From IMG/VR virus record IMGVR_UViG_3300020336_000481, positions 83,341 through 147,340 of that record: 64,000 bases of DNA, one strand, 5' to 3'. The notes beneath the pieces are model-generated. The model was not told where the DNA came from. It saw only the letters and a program-made list of their open reading frames with translations, and made no database searches. A program made the position numbers and the translations under genes. Below, in pieces: positions 20,289 through 30,946 of the stretch. Position 1 is the first letter of the stretch, and each line of letters opens with the position of its first letter. This stretch comes from a virus (Duplodnaviria > Caudoviricetes).

Positions 20289-20641
20289 TTAATATTATTT
20301 GCACTAATTACTGTAAAAACATCAGTTGGCAAAAAACTATTAGATACTTCATTAATGCTTCCTGTTGTTTCTAAACATTCCCAACTATGTGGATGTAATG
20401 GCGGAGCGTGATAAACATCTCCTTCTTTTAATTCTTTTTGTAACAATTTTCCAGACTGTGTGTCAATAAACCTTAATAAAAATTTACCATTGTTTATAAA
20501 GAATGTTTTATTAGCATCAGAATGAAAACGTAAATCAGTCTTTGCATTTTTGTTTTCAAATAATAAAATTTTTGCAACATATCCTGGTTGCATTGCCCAA
20601 ACAAGTTCCTTGCCCCATTTATGATTGTTTACTTGACTCAT
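20285..20641 (-). CDS. Cupin-fold protein
   Basis: KWGKELVWA, FH..K, LKEGDVYHAPPLHPH; GGAG RBS. Confidence 0.6.
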   Translation of the reverse strand: MSQVNNHKWGKELVWAMQPGYVAKILLFENKNAKTDLRFHSDANKTFFINNGKFLLRFIDTQSGKLLQKELKEGDVYHAPPLHPHSWECLETTGSINEVSNSFLPTDVFTVISANNIK

Positions 20642-20649
20642 GTTTTCTC

Positions 20650-21078
20650 CTATAATAAATCTATCATTTTAAAGACAGTATCTAATTTTGTAACATTAGT
20701 TTTATTTGATAGTGTTGCTCTAAGACCTTGATGTAATGGCTTAGGCCATTTTCCAAAACTAACCCAAGCATAGCCATCATGTTCTTCATTAAGTACTGGA
20801 ATAAACTCTTTTTCAATAACACAAACATATGTATGAAAAAGAAATTGTGAATCATTGCTTATAAAAGTTTCAAGAGGTATTGTTTTTTTAATAGTAACTT
20901 CACCAATTTCTTCTTTTATTTCACGTTTTAATCCCTGCCAAGCTGATTCAGTACCTTCTGTTGTACCGCCTACAAGACCAAACAAATTTGACTGTTTGCC
21001 TTTTGTTCTATGCAAAAATAGAAAACGTTTTGTATCAAGGGTGTAAAAAAGTGCACCACTACATATAATCTGATCCAT
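20650..21078 (-). CDS. NUDIX hydrolase
   Basis: Nudix box G-TTEGT-E-SAWQGLK-REIKEEIG; start moved to MDQII. Confidence 0.88.
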   Translation of the reverse strand: MDQIICSGALFYTLDTKRFLFLHRTKGKQSNLFGLVGGTTEGTESAWQGLKREIKEEIGEVTIKKTIPLETFISNDSQFLFHTYVCVIEKEFIPVLNEEHDGYAWVSFGKWPKPLHQGLRATLSNKTNVTKLDTVFKMIDLL

Positions 21079-21091
21079 ACAAATAATTATC

Positions 21092-22510
21092 TTAATATTG
21101 GAATAACCAGGAGCCATTTGGATATTCGCCTTCGAAACTTAATATCCATTCATCGTTATCAAATTTGTATTGTACACCGGTATTTAGGTTAGTAGTATAA
21201 ACAATATTTGCAGACGAGTCATCGGTGCTTGAATCAAATACAACGTGCCATTTAGAACCATCCCATTCAATAATATCATTTGCACCAGCTATGAAGTTTG
21301 AATTATCTGCATTTTTCCAAGCATCTGCACCATCAGTATTAGAAGAATCTCCTATAGCATCAAGTAACAATATTCTAACACCTGCAGTTTTTAGACTCTC
21401 AGGATTGCTTTTTTGTGGATCAATTATATAATTTATTTTATTGTTATCACCAGTAGGACCATGTATTATTGTATCAGCTGGAAAAGTATCACTGTCCCAA
21501 TTTATAATTAAACGTCTTTCATCTGTTGTGTCTATTGCAACAGTGCCACTAACAACGGTGTTAATATCTTTTCGTCTTAGTTGTATTTGTGTAACACCTG
21601 CTATGTATTTTTGCGGCACAGCTTCAAACCATGATGTCCATGTAGTTTCACCTGCAACACCATTATTCACAAGTTGTGCAGTATTACCCATTACAAGTAA
21701 GTCAAAGTCGTTGTAATTTGTACCTAATGTTCCTATAGTATTTGGATATGTAATTTTTTTAGTTGTTGTAGTAGTACCGTCTTCACTTGTTAACACTTGT
21801 CGAACTTCAGCCATACCATAATCAGTGTCAACAAGTTGTATTGTTTCGTTAAAAATATTTGTTATAATATTTGTAATTACTCCTAAGCGTTTTACTTTTG
21901 CTGGAGGACTTATATAGATAGGTGTTTTTAATGTTAATGTTGCTACGTCAATTTCGCTCTCTGTACCCATAGGTATACTTCTACTAGTAAAATTAATTCC
22001 TTCTAAATTAACAACAGTTAAACTTGTCCAGTCTATGTAATTGTCTGTAGTTTGTATTTCTAAACTAGGATTAAACAATACTAATACTTGTTCTAGTATT
22101 TGTAATTTTTGTTCAGTATTAGTTGACCATATATCAACATTTACTGATAGCTGATAAGGTGTTGGCATTAAACGTTCTACTGTATAATTTTTACCTTGCT
22201 TGTTTAGATATAATTGTGTGCCATCGTCATAATCTTTTTCACGTACATTAACTTTACTAATATAACTTGCATCAGCAAGACGTGCAGTGTCTAATTCTAA
22301 CTCAGTCATATAAACTGCCATACGCGGAGCACTAGGAATTTTATTCTCTGAATTGTCTCTTATTATACTACCAACTTGACGTGTTAAATCGCCGTATACA
22401 ACAGGAATTTGTGTTAGGGCACCTTTACCATCCTTGTAACTAATATTGCTTACTAGCCTTACTAGTTGCGTTACATAGCGCCTTATTTGTCCGTCATAGA
22501 AATGTTGCAT
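21092..22510 (-). CDS. Tail terminator/sheath stabiliser (T4 gp15-like) with C-terminal extension
   Basis: MQHFYDGQIRRY, IPVVYG, PRM, PTPY, QILEQVLVLFNP. Confidence 0.7.
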   Translation of the reverse strand: MQHFYDGQIRRYVTQLVRLVSNISYKDGKGALTQIPVVYGDLTRQVGSIIRDNSENKIPSAPRMAVYMTELELDTARLADASYISKVNVREKDYDDGTQLYLNKQGKNYTVERLMPTPYQLSVNVDIWSTNTEQKLQILEQVLVLFNPSLEIQTTDNYIDWTSLTVVNLEGINFTSRSIPMGTESEIDVATLTLKTPIYISPPAKVKRLGVITNIITNIFNETIQLVDTDYGMAEVRQVLTSEDGTTTTTKKITYPNTIGTLGTNYNDFDLLVMGNTAQLVNNGVAGETTWTSWFEAVPQKYIAGVTQIQLRRKDINTVVSGTVAIDTTDERRLIINWDSDTFPADTIIHGPTGDNNKINYIIDPQKSNPESLKTAGVRILLLDAIGDSSNTDGADAWKNADNSNFIAGANDIIEWDGSKWHVVFDSSTDDSSANIVYTTNLNTGVQYKFDNDEWILSFEGEYPNGSWLFQY

Positions 22511-23658
22511 TAATTATCTGCCTTTGGTCTAAGTGCTTTTGATAGGCTTTGTCTTTCAGGAACTTGTTTTCCACCTATAGTATTTGTAGCTGTATTATTA
22601 ATAAACGTACCTTTTTGTGTGTTACGATTATCAGTATTAGTAAGAGTCATTCTTACATTATCTTCATATTTAACCCATCTTGTACCATCATATCTAAATA
22701 ACCGGTTTGGAGCAAAATCTGTACGTAGGAAAAAATCACCTGTTGCACTACTTAACGGAAAAGAAATACCGTGTCCAAAGTTACTTCCGTCTGGTACTCC
22801 ACCGTCTCCTAATAAGTAGCCATTATATCCTTCTTTTGCAGGACTTACAGAGCTTGTAGTAACAGTACTACCATCGTCACCAACTGTTTCAGTAAGACTT
22901 GTGTTGCCTTTACTGTCAGTTGAAAGAGTATAATAATGACTTATGTCATAACCACTTTTTGGTGCGTCAGCTTCTGCTTGTAATACAACAGCATCATTAA
23001 TTTCTTTTTCTTTATTATATGTAGATAATACATCACGTAAACTAGGGCCACCACCTAAATCATCTTCTTTAGCTGCTCTATCTAATATATCTTTGTATTC
23101 TTGTGAATCTACTATTTGTTTTAGTTTTAATCTGTATAAATGCGGATACCAAGTTTGTGTAAATCCTTCTGCAGCTCTTGTTACATCTTCTATAACATAA
23201 AATCTTTTAAGAGCTACGTCAAAATCATTTAATGCGTATTCGTCTTTTAAATGTGGTAATTCTATTACATCACCTGACATCAATTTTCTACCAAGAGTTT
23301 TTACACTGCTTCGTATATGTACAGTCATAAACAATGTATCATTACTTAAAAATAAACCAAACTGGCTTAAATCAAAATCAATATCTTGAACATTGTAAAT
23401 ACCACGCATTGAGTAGATGTCGGAATCATATTTTCTATCTCTATTTTCTAAAAATAGTAAATCTTGTATATTTGTTTCATCTAATATATCACGTTTAGGT
23501 TGATCAGCAGTTGCATCCTCTTCACTTGGACTTTCTGGCCCTAAGTATTTGTGGACGTGAATGTCTGTTCCACCTACAGTGAACATTTCGTTAATTTGAC
23601 GATCTAAAAATTCATAGTCGTTACTTTTATTTGGTTTATATAAACTAAGTCTTGGCAT
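22510..23658 (-). CDS. Neck/head-closure protein (T4 gp14-like)
   Basis: LSQFGLFL, GDVIELP; located between gp13- and gp15-like genes. Confidence 0.6.
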   Translation of the reverse strand: MPRLSLYKPNKSNDYEFLDRQINEMFTVGGTDIHVHKYLGPESPSEEDATADQPKRDILDETNIQDLLFLENRDRKYDSDIYSMRGIYNVQDIDFDLSQFGLFLSNDTLFMTVHIRSSVKTLGRKLMSGDVIELPHLKDEYALNDFDVALKRFYVIEDVTRAAEGFTQTWYPHLYRLKLKQIVDSQEYKDILDRAAKEDDLGGGPSLRDVLSTYNKEKEINDAVVLQAEADAPKSGYDISHYYTLSTDSKGNTSLTETVGDDGSTVTTSSVSPAKEGYNGYLLGDGGVPDGSNFGHGISFPLSSATGDFFLRTDFAPNRLFRYDGTRWVKYEDNVRMTLTNTDNRNTQKGTFINNTATNTIGGKQVPERQSLSKALRPKADN

Positions 23659-23663
23659 ATACA

Positions 23664-23684
23664 TATTTATCGTAACGATAAATA
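23664..23684. promoter_or_regulatory. Back-to-back late promoters forming a palindrome
   Basis: TATTTATCGT-A-ACGATAAATA: GATAAATA on each strand between divergent neck genes. Confidence 0.75.
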
Positions 23685-23705
23685 CAATGACGGAGAACTA
23701 TTTAC

Positions 23706-24464
23706 ATGAGTAGCCTAAAAACACAAAAACAAGAAGTATTTGATTATGTCTATGCCCTATTAGGTGGAGGTATGGTTGATGTAGAGCTAGATCCAGTGCA
23801 TTATGAAACTGCATTAGGAAAAGCACTAGGAAAATTTAGACAACGTAGTGATAACAGTGTTGAAGAATCATACATGTTTATGCCAACTGTAATAGATCAA
23901 AATGAGTACACATTACCAAGTGAAGTAGTTGAAGTTAGAAAATTATTTCGTAGAAGTGTAGGATCAAGAACAGGTGGTGGCGATGGCGGAACACTATTTG
24001 AACCTTTTAACTTAGCATATACTAATACTTACTTACTATCAAGTAGTAATATGGGCGGACTAGCTACATATGATATGTTTAGTCAGTATCAAGAACTAGT
24101 AGGACGTATGTTTGGATCATTTATAGAATTTAAATGGAATACACAAACTAAAAAATTAACACTACTGCAACGCCCAAGAACAGAAGAAGATTTATTATTG
24201 TATTGCTACAATTACAGAGGTGACGACCAATTACTAGACGATTACTTAGCAAAGCAGTGGATTAAAGATTATACACTAGCTAATTGTAAATATATGTTAG
24301 GTGAAGCACGTTCAAAATTTGCTACTATATCAGGGCCGCAAGGAGGTTCAACTCTAAACGGTGATGCACTTAAAGCCGAAGGTACAGCTGAAATGGAAAA
24401 ATTAGAAGAAGAACTTAAAACAGCAGTAGCTGGCGGTGTTGGATACGGCTTCACAATTGGTTAA
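23706..24464 (+). CDS. Neck protein (T4 gp13-like)
   Basis: LGGGMVDVEL, WIKDYTLA, GEARSKF, GGSTLNGDAL. Confidence 0.75.
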   Translation: MSSLKTQKQEVFDYVYALLGGGMVDVELDPVHYETALGKALGKFRQRSDNSVEESYMFMPTVIDQNEYTLPSEVVEVRKLFRRSVGSRTGGGDGGTLFEPFNLAYTNTYLLSSSNMGGLATYDMFSQYQELVGRMFGSFIEFKWNTQTKKLTLLQRPRTEEDLLLYCYNYRGDDQLLDDYLAKQWIKDYTLANCKYMLGEARSKFATISGPQGGSTLNGDALKAEGTAEMEKLEEELKTAVAGGVGYGFTIG

Positions 24465-24471
24465 AAAACAC

Positions 24472-24500
24472 TTGACATTAGATAAGTTTTAAAGTATAAT
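24472..24500 (+). promoter_or_regulatory. sigma70 consensus promoter
   Basis: TTGACA-17 nt-TATAAT. Confidence 0.8.
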
Positions 24501-24526
24501 AATAAAATTATATGGAGAAACAACAA

Positions 24527-25138
24527 ATGATTGTAGGTGTATGCGGCTTAATTGGCAGTGGCAAAGATACTATTGCTTCTTATCTTATTGAAGAACACGG
24601 ATATCAAAAAATAAGTTTTGCAGACAAATTAAAAGATTCTGTTGCAGAGCTATTTGATTGGGATCGTGAAATGCTTGAAGGTCAAACAGACGATTCGAGA
24701 GAGTGGCGAGAACAACCAGATAAATTTTGGACACAAGAAACAGGTAGAACAATTACACCAAGATTAGTATTACAAGAATTTGGTACTGAGTGTATGCGTA
24801 ACGGTTTCTTTGATGGTATTTGGGTTAGCTCTACTAAACGTATACTAATTAATAATCCTCATAAAAACTTTGTTATTCCAGATGTAAGATTTCCTAATGA
24901 AGCATTAATGTTGCAAAAAGTAGGAGGTCAAGTTTGGAGAGTAAGAAGAGGCACAGATCCTGTTTGGTTTAGAATGTATCAAGACATTGGAGTAGAACCT
25001 AAAGATATTCATCCTAGTGAATGGGCTTGGGCTAATACAAATTTTACAACAATATTTGATAATAACAGTACAATTGAAGATCTTAAAAATCAGGTACAAG
25101 GTCACCTTGCTTCCACTTTACACCCTGTTTCTGCATAA
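24527..25138 (+). CDS. Deoxynucleoside monophosphate kinase (T4 gp1-like)
   Basis: GLIGSGKDT P-loop, SFADKLK, RLVLQEFGTE, DVRFPNE, HPSE. Confidence 0.88.
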   Translation: MIVGVCGLIGSGKDTIASYLIEEHGYQKISFADKLKDSVAELFDWDREMLEGQTDDSREWREQPDKFWTQETGRTITPRLVLQEFGTECMRNGFFDGIWVSSTKRILINNPHKNFVIPDVRFPNEALMLQKVGGQVWRVRRGTDPVWFRMYQDIGVEPKDIHPSEWAWANTNFTTIFDNNSTIEDLKNQVQGHLASTLHPVSA

Positions 25139-25418
25139 TACGCTGACAGTTAGCACATACAGTTTTTAAGTTATTAAATCTACAATTATTTAAATCACCG
25201 TCAATATGGTAAACATTAAACTGTTCAGTGTGTTTACTTTTAAATCCGCAACGTTCACATTCTTGTTTCTTTTCATACCCTTTTTGTTTCCATTTAGGTA
25301 TGCCGTGATTTAATCCATTGCGTAAACATTTCTCGCACAAACTTCTATAAAAGGTTTTAGTTCCTTTTTTATAATTTATAGCAGCAGGTCGTTGTCCGCA
25401 CTTGCATAAAGGTCTCAT
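25083..25418 (-). CDS. Small zinc-binding HNH-like protein
   Basis: CxC/CxxC pairs; HIDGDLNNCRFNNLKTVCANCQ. Confidence 0.6.
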   Translation of the reverse strand: MRPLCKCGQRPAAINYKKGTKTFYRSLCEKCLRNGLNHGIPKWKQKGYEKKQECERCGFKSKHTEQFNVYHIDGDLNNCRFNNLKTVCANCQRIMQKQGVKWKQGDLVPDF

Positions 25419-25527
25419 ATTGTATTTACCTCACCTTTTCGGTGCCTTTTTATGGGGGTATATTATAGGGTTTTTGAAAATAAATGCTAAATAGTTATAA
25501 CAAATCGTATCCAATAGGAGAAATATA

Positions 25528-28500
25528 ATGGCATTAACATCACCAGGTGTACAAGTAAGTGTAATAGACGAAAGCTTCTACACCCCAGCAGAACCGGGAA
25601 CAGTCCCAATGGTTTTTGTTGCATCGGCAGAGAACAGATTAAACAGTTCGGGCACAGGTACAGCAACAGGAACATTAAAAGCAAACGCAGGTAAGCCTTT
25701 CTTACTTACTTCGCAGAGAGATCTTTCAGAAACTTTTGGAGATCCAGTATTTAAAACAGATTCAAATAACAACCCAATACACGCAGGCGAGCTTAACGAG
25801 TATGGTTTACAATCTGCATATTCATTCTTAGGAGTGAGCAACAGAGCATACGTTGTAAGAGCAGACTTAGATACAGCTCAATTAGAGCCAACTGCAATAG
25901 CACCAGCGGCAAATCCAGCAGCAGGAACATATTGGTTTGATACACAAGTATCACTATTTGGTATTCAACAATGGAACGGTAGCGCCATTACTACTACTGG
26001 TGGACAAAGTTTCACTAATAAAGTTCCTAGAATGATTACAGCAGCTAGTGACACTGATTCAGGCTCGTTAGTTACAAACGGATACGAAGGCATGAAACCT
26101 AAGAGCAGCATTGGTGCTGTTGGTGATTATGCTATTGTAGCAACAAGCACATTAAACAGATTATACTACAGAAACACAAGCGGTACATGGGTATTAGTAG
26201 GTAGTGATCCTTGGTCAAAGAGTTGGCCAACAGTTAAAGGCACACTTGTTAATCCTTCATTTAGCGGATCGAGTTCGTTTACAATTAACGGTACTGTTGT
26301 TTCTGTTTCAGGTTCAGATACAGTAACTGATGTTGCAGCAACAATTAACGGATTGTTAATTTCAGGTGTAACAGCTAGTGCTGTTGACGGAAGATTAGAA
26401 ATTTACAGTGATGGAACAGGATCGGCTGCAGGTGATTCAACTGCCGGCGGTAACATTGATGTTGTTCAAAGTTCAGGAACTGCTTTAGGATTATTAGGTA
26501 TTACAGCAGGAACTTACTATCCACCAGCATTACAAATTTCAGGACATACATCAGTTCCAGAATTTAAGTCAAGCGACACTTATTCAAGACCAACAGGTAG
26601 TGTATGGTTTAAAACTACACAACCTAACTTAGGTGCAAGAATAAGAATTAAAGAATGGAACGATCAAACACTTTTATGGGACGCTGTGGAAGCTCCAATT
26701 TACGACACTAACGAAGCAGCACTTTACGGTTTAGATAAAGCTAACGGTGGAAGCGGTATTGCAGTAGGCGATGTATTTGCTAAATCAAATACAGCAGGTG
26801 ACACACAACCTCTTGCAACGTTTACTTTATACCGTAGATCAAACAGTGGTGTTACAAGTATTACTAGTAGCAAAGTAATTGCAGGAAGCCTAGGTTCAGG
26901 ATCTAAGAGTTTTAATATTAAAGCAACAGATGCTGGGCAAACTTCTTGGGGTACAACTAGTACAGTAACATTTACAGCTGGCGGTGTTGCAGGTGATGCA
27001 AGTTTACTTGCAGGTGCAATCAATGATAAAAATATTGAAAACGTAAGTGCATCAGTAGATACGCAGAATAGAGTTGTAATTAGTCACTCACAAGGTGGCG
27101 ATATACACCTAACAGACACAAGTGGTGCATTAGCTGGTATAGGTTACGCACCATATGTTAGTGCAACTAGTGGTACTGTTGGCTTATCATATGCAGACGG
27201 AACTAACTCTAGCACAAGTCCAAATCAATTTATTGCAAGTAACTGGGCAGTGTTAACTTACACAGCATCAGACAATGCACCTACAGCAACAGCAACTAAC
27301 GGCCAACTTTGGTATAGTTCAGTTGTTGATGAAGTAGATTTACTTGTACACAACGGTACAACATGGGTAGGTTACTTATATAACGGTGGCACATCAGGAA
27401 TAACAGCAAGTCCATATTACAACGCTGATGCATCATTAACACCAGACCCAAGTGGTCCAATTGTTAGTGCATCAGAACCAACTGTACAGTCAGACGGTAC
27501 TGCACTTAAAACAGGTGATATTTGGATTAGCACAGCAGACTTAGAAAACTATCCAACAATGTATAGATATAATGCGGCACTTGCTTCAGGATTAAGATGG
27601 GTACTATTAGATAGCAGTGATCAAACATCAGAAGATGGTATACTATTTGCTGATGCAAGATATGCTACATCAGGTGGTACTGCTTCTTTATTAGAAGCTT
27701 CAAGCATTGAAGATTTACTTAACAGTGCTTACTTAGACACTGATGCTCCAGATCCAGCACTATATCCAAAAGGTATGTTGTTATGGAATACTAGACGTTC
27801 AGGATTTAACGTTAAGAAATTTGTAAGAAACTATGTTGATGTTTCTACAGACAACACAAGATATGCACCAGGTGGAAGCGATGAGAGCATGGACAGTTAC
27901 TATCCACACAGATGGGTAACTGAGTCAGGTAATCAAGAGAACGGCGCAGGTAGCTTTGGACGTAAAGCACAACGTAAAGTTGTTGTACAAGCGTTACAAG
28001 CAGTAGTTAATAAAAACGATGACATTAGAGATGATGAGTCAAGATTATTCAACTTAATGGCAACACCAGGATATCCAGAACTAATTGGTGAAATGATTAG
28101 CTTGAATAACGATAGAGGATTAACAGCATTTATCGTAGGTGATAGTCCGTTTAGACTAACACCAGATGCAACATCACTTAATAACTGGGCAACTAACGTA
28201 AACAAAGCAGTAGAAGATAACGACAATGGATTAGTAAGTAGAGATGAATACTTAGGTGTATTTTATCCAGCAGGATTCACAAGTGATAACTTTGGTAGAA
28301 ATGTTGTAGTTCCAGCTTCGCACATGATGTTAAGAACTATTGCATTAAGTGATCAAGTTAGCTATCCATGGTTTGCACCAGCAGGCACAAGACGTGGCGG
28401 AATCAGCAATGCAAGTTCAACAGGTTATATTAATAGCGAAGGCGAATTTACAGCAGTAGCACTTAATGAAGGACAAAGAGATACATTATACAGCAATAAC

Positions 28501-28899
28501 ATAAACCCAATTACGTTTATTACAGGTGCTGGACTTGTTAACTTTGGACAGAAAACTCGTGCAAGAGCAGCTAGTTCTTTAGATAGAATTAACGTAGCAC
28601 GTTTGGTTATCTACTTACGTAGTCAACTTAATCAACTTGCTAAGCCTTACATCTTTGAGCCAAATGATAAAATCACACGTGATGAGATTAAACAAGCGGC
28701 TGAAAGTTTAATGCTTGAATTAGTAGGTCAAAGAGCGTTATATGACTTCTTAGTAGTATGTGATGAATCAAACAACACTGCATCTAGGATTGACAAGAAC
28801 GAACTATATTTAGATATTGCAATAGAACCAGTAAAAGCAGTGGAGTTCATTTACATTCCATTAAGACTTAAAAATACTGGAGAAATAGCAGGACTTTAA
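25528..28899 (+). CDS. Contractile tail sheath protein (gp18-like) with insertion domains
   Basis: MALTSPGVQVSVIDES, PWFAPAGTRRG, RINVARL, FEPND, IEPVKAVEFIYIP. Confidence 0.95.
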   Translation: MALTSPGVQVSVIDESFYTPAEPGTVPMVFVASAENRLNSSGTGTATGTLKANAGKPFLLTSQRDLSETFGDPVFKTDSNNNPIHAGELNEYGLQSAYSFLGVSNRAYVVRADLDTAQLEPTAIAPAANPAAGTYWFDTQVSLFGIQQWNGSAITTTGGQSFTNKVPRMITAASDTDSGSLVTNGYEGMKPKSSIGAVGDYAIVATSTLNRLYYRNTSGTWVLVGSDPWSKSWPTVKGTLVNPSFSGSSSFTINGTVVSVSGSDTVTDVAATINGLLISGVTASAVDGRLEIYSDGTGSAAGDSTAGGNIDVVQSSGTALGLLGITAGTYYPPALQISGHTSVPEFKSSDTYSRPTGSVWFKTTQPNLGARIRIKEWNDQTLLWDAVEAPIYDTNEAALYGLDKANGGSGIAVGDVFAKSNTAGDTQPLATFTLYRRSNSGVTSITSSKVIAGSLGSGSKSFNIKATDAGQTSWGTTSTVTFTAGGVAGDASLLAGAINDKNIENVSASVDTQNRVVISHSQGGDIHLTDTSGALAGIGYAPYVSATSGTVGLSYADGTNSSTSPNQFIASNWAVLTYTASDNAPTATATNGQLWYSSVVDEVDLLVHNGTTWVGYLYNGGTSGITASPYYNADASLTPDPSGPIVSASEPTVQSDGTALKTGDIWISTADLENYPTMYRYNAALASGLRWVLLDSSDQTSEDGILFADARYATSGGTASLLEASSIEDLLNSAYLDTDAPDPALYPKGMLLWNTRRSGFNVKKFVRNYVDVSTDNTRYAPGGSDESMDSYYPHRWVTESGNQENGAGSFGRKAQRKVVVQALQAVVNKNDDIRDDESRLFNLMATPGYPELIGEMISLNNDRGLTAFIVGDSPFRLTPDATSLNNWATNVNKAVEDNDNGLVSRDEYLGVFYPAGFTSDNFGRNVVVPASHMMLRTIALSDQVSYPWFAPAGTRRGGISNASSTGYINSEGEFTAVALNEGQRDTLYSNNINPITFITGAGLVNFGQKTRARAASSLDRINVARLVIYLRSQLNQLAKPYIFEPNDKITRDEIKQAAESLMLELVGQRALYDFLVVCDESNNTASRIDKNELYLDIAIEPVKAVEFIYIPLRLKNTGEIAGL

Positions 28900-28933
28900 A
28901 TTGATAAATAATACTACAATAGGAGCAAATTAA

Positions 28934-29560
28934 ATGGCAGTTTCAACATTATCAAATATTACAGTACCTTTAGCAGGGGGGCAAAGTGCAACTACTCAAG
29001 GTTTGTTGATGCCGAAGCTTCAATATCGCTTTAGGGTGTCACTTGAAAACTTTGGTGTTAGTACACCAACTACAGAACTTACAAAACAAGTTATTGATGT
29101 GACTCGTCCTACGGTAGCGTTTGAACCAATACAAATTGATGTATACAACTCAAAAGCATACTTAGCAGGTAAACATACTTGGTCACCAATTACACTAAAC
29201 TTACGTGAAGACGTAAACCGTGAAGTTCAAAAACTTGTTGGTGAGCAGTTGCAGAAACAATTCGACTTTTTCGAACAGTCAAGTGCAGCATCAGGACAAG
29301 ATTATAAATTTACAACACGTATTGAAATCTTAGACGGTGCAAATGGAAACACAACTCCAACAGTACTTGAAACGTTTGAATTATATGGTTGCTTTGTTAC
29401 AAATGCAAACTACAATACATTAGCATATGCTAACAATGAGCCAGTAACAATTACACTAGAAATGCAGTATGATAACGCTATTCAGACAGATGCTGAAGGC
29501 GGAATTGGTACAGCAGTAGGTAGAGCCGGTGGATCTTTGATCACAGGCGGCGGATCTTAA
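28934..29560 (+). CDS. Tail tube protein (gp19-like)
   Basis: Follows sheath; YRFRV, AGKHTWSPITL, LYGCF, MQYDNA. Confidence 0.85.
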   Translation: MAVSTLSNITVPLAGGQSATTQGLLMPKLQYRFRVSLENFGVSTPTTELTKQVIDVTRPTVAFEPIQIDVYNSKAYLAGKHTWSPITLNLREDVNREVQKLVGEQLQKQFDFFEQSSAASGQDYKFTTRIEILDGANGNTTPTVLETFELYGCFVTNANYNTLAYANNEPVTITLEMQYDNAIQTDAEGGIGTAVGRAGGSLITGGGS

Positions 29561-29583
29561 ACTAGGTATTATAACATTACACA

Positions 29584-29616
29584 ATAAAGGGGCTTTTATA
29601 GCCCCTTTATTTTTAT
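29584..29616 (+). terminator. Rho-independent terminator
   Basis: ATAAAGGGGC-TTTTATA-GCCCCTTTAT followed by T-run. Confidence 0.8.
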
Positions 29617-29649
29617 CTACGTACTTTATTATTTCGGATAAATATTAGT

Positions 29650-30945
29650 ATGGGAAAGTTCAACGGATTTTTAGATAACATAGCAGACGGCCTTACTAAT
29701 CCTAAGGGCAACTTAGGAGATTGGGCACACGCTAGACGCCTTTATGTAGATGATAATCTACGATTAGCACCTAAGCAAAAATTCTTATATCACTGTCATT
29801 TTACATTAGATCCTGTAGTTAGATCTATTATTCCTGATCTTGTTGACAAACATAACTTAGAAATAGGTATGCTTGTAAAGTCTGCAGAGTTACCTAAGTA
29901 TTCAGCGGCAGTAGAAACAAAAAACAAGTATAATAGAAAAAAGAATATACAAACAAATATACAGTACGAACCAATTACTATTACATTCCATGATGATAAC
30001 TTTGGTGTTACTACTGCATTATTAGAAGCGTATTATAGATATTATTTTGCTGATGCAAACTATGGTACTATGCCTGGAGCATACAGTAAAACAGCAGGAG
30101 GAATGGACAACACATACTTAGGTAGTGGAAGAAATCAAGATAAATTTGGTTTAGATAATAATATAAGTGTTCCATTTTTTCAAAATATACAAATTTCACA
30201 AATGGCTAGAAAGTCATTTACTACACATACTTTAGTAAATCCAATTATTACTAACTGGCAACATGATTCATTAGATAACGGTGATGGTAGTACGACACTA
30301 GTTAATACCATAACACTCTTATATGAAGCAGTTTGGTATGATCGAGGTGAAGTACAAGCCGGTGCAAACGGAAGTCCAAAAGGATTTGGATCACCAGATC
30401 ATTACGATAGAGTACCTAGTCCAATTACAATTATTGGCGGCGGCCAATTAGGGTTAGGCGGTATCTTTGGTACTGCAATAGATTTATATGATTATATAAT
30501 GAAGGGTAAAAACTTTAGTAATCCGTTACAAGCAGGATTAGCTGCTGTAAACTTAATAGGTAATATACGTAACTTATCTAAAGAAGGACTACGCCAAGAA
30601 GGATTTAATTTACTTACAAAAGCAATAGGCAGTGCAGCAGGAGTAGATGTATCAGGAGTACAACGTACATTTTTTCCAAAGTCTAGTAATGGCGGAGGTA
30701 AAGCAAAAGACTTAGCAATAGCAACAGCAGTTGTAGCAGGTGGATCGTTTGCTGTTAATGCATTTCAAAAAAATCAAGCACGTAACGGAAATGCAAAAGT
30801 TGCAGATAGTCTTGGATTTAAAAGTTATCAAAAAACATATCAAACAGCCGGGGGCACAGGTGGAGTTAACGGAGCAAAAACATCTTGGGAAAATTTAAAC
30901 TCATCTGACAAACAAACATATATAAACGAAGCAATAGGAACTTAA
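29650..30945 (+). CDS. Tail-tube-fold protein (tube initiator/baseplate) with Gly/Ala-rich C-terminus
   Basis: VKSAELPK...YEPITITFHDD tube-like motif; follows the tube gene. Confidence 0.55.
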   Translation: MGKFNGFLDNIADGLTNPKGNLGDWAHARRLYVDDNLRLAPKQKFLYHCHFTLDPVVRSIIPDLVDKHNLEIGMLVKSAELPKYSAAVETKNKYNRKKNIQTNIQYEPITITFHDDNFGVTTALLEAYYRYYFADANYGTMPGAYSKTAGGMDNTYLGSGRNQDKFGLDNNISVPFFQNIQISQMARKSFTTHTLVNPIITNWQHDSLDNGDGSTTLVNTITLLYEAVWYDRGEVQAGANGSPKGFGSPDHYDRVPSPITIIGGGQLGLGGIFGTAIDLYDYIMKGKNFSNPLQAGLAAVNLIGNIRNLSKEGLRQEGFNLLTKAIGSAAGVDVSGVQRTFFPKSSNGGGKAKDLAIATAVVAGGSFAVNAFQKNQARNGNAKVADSLGFKSYQKTYQTAGGTGGVNGAKTSWENLNSSDKQTYINEAIGT

Positions 30946-30946
30946 T

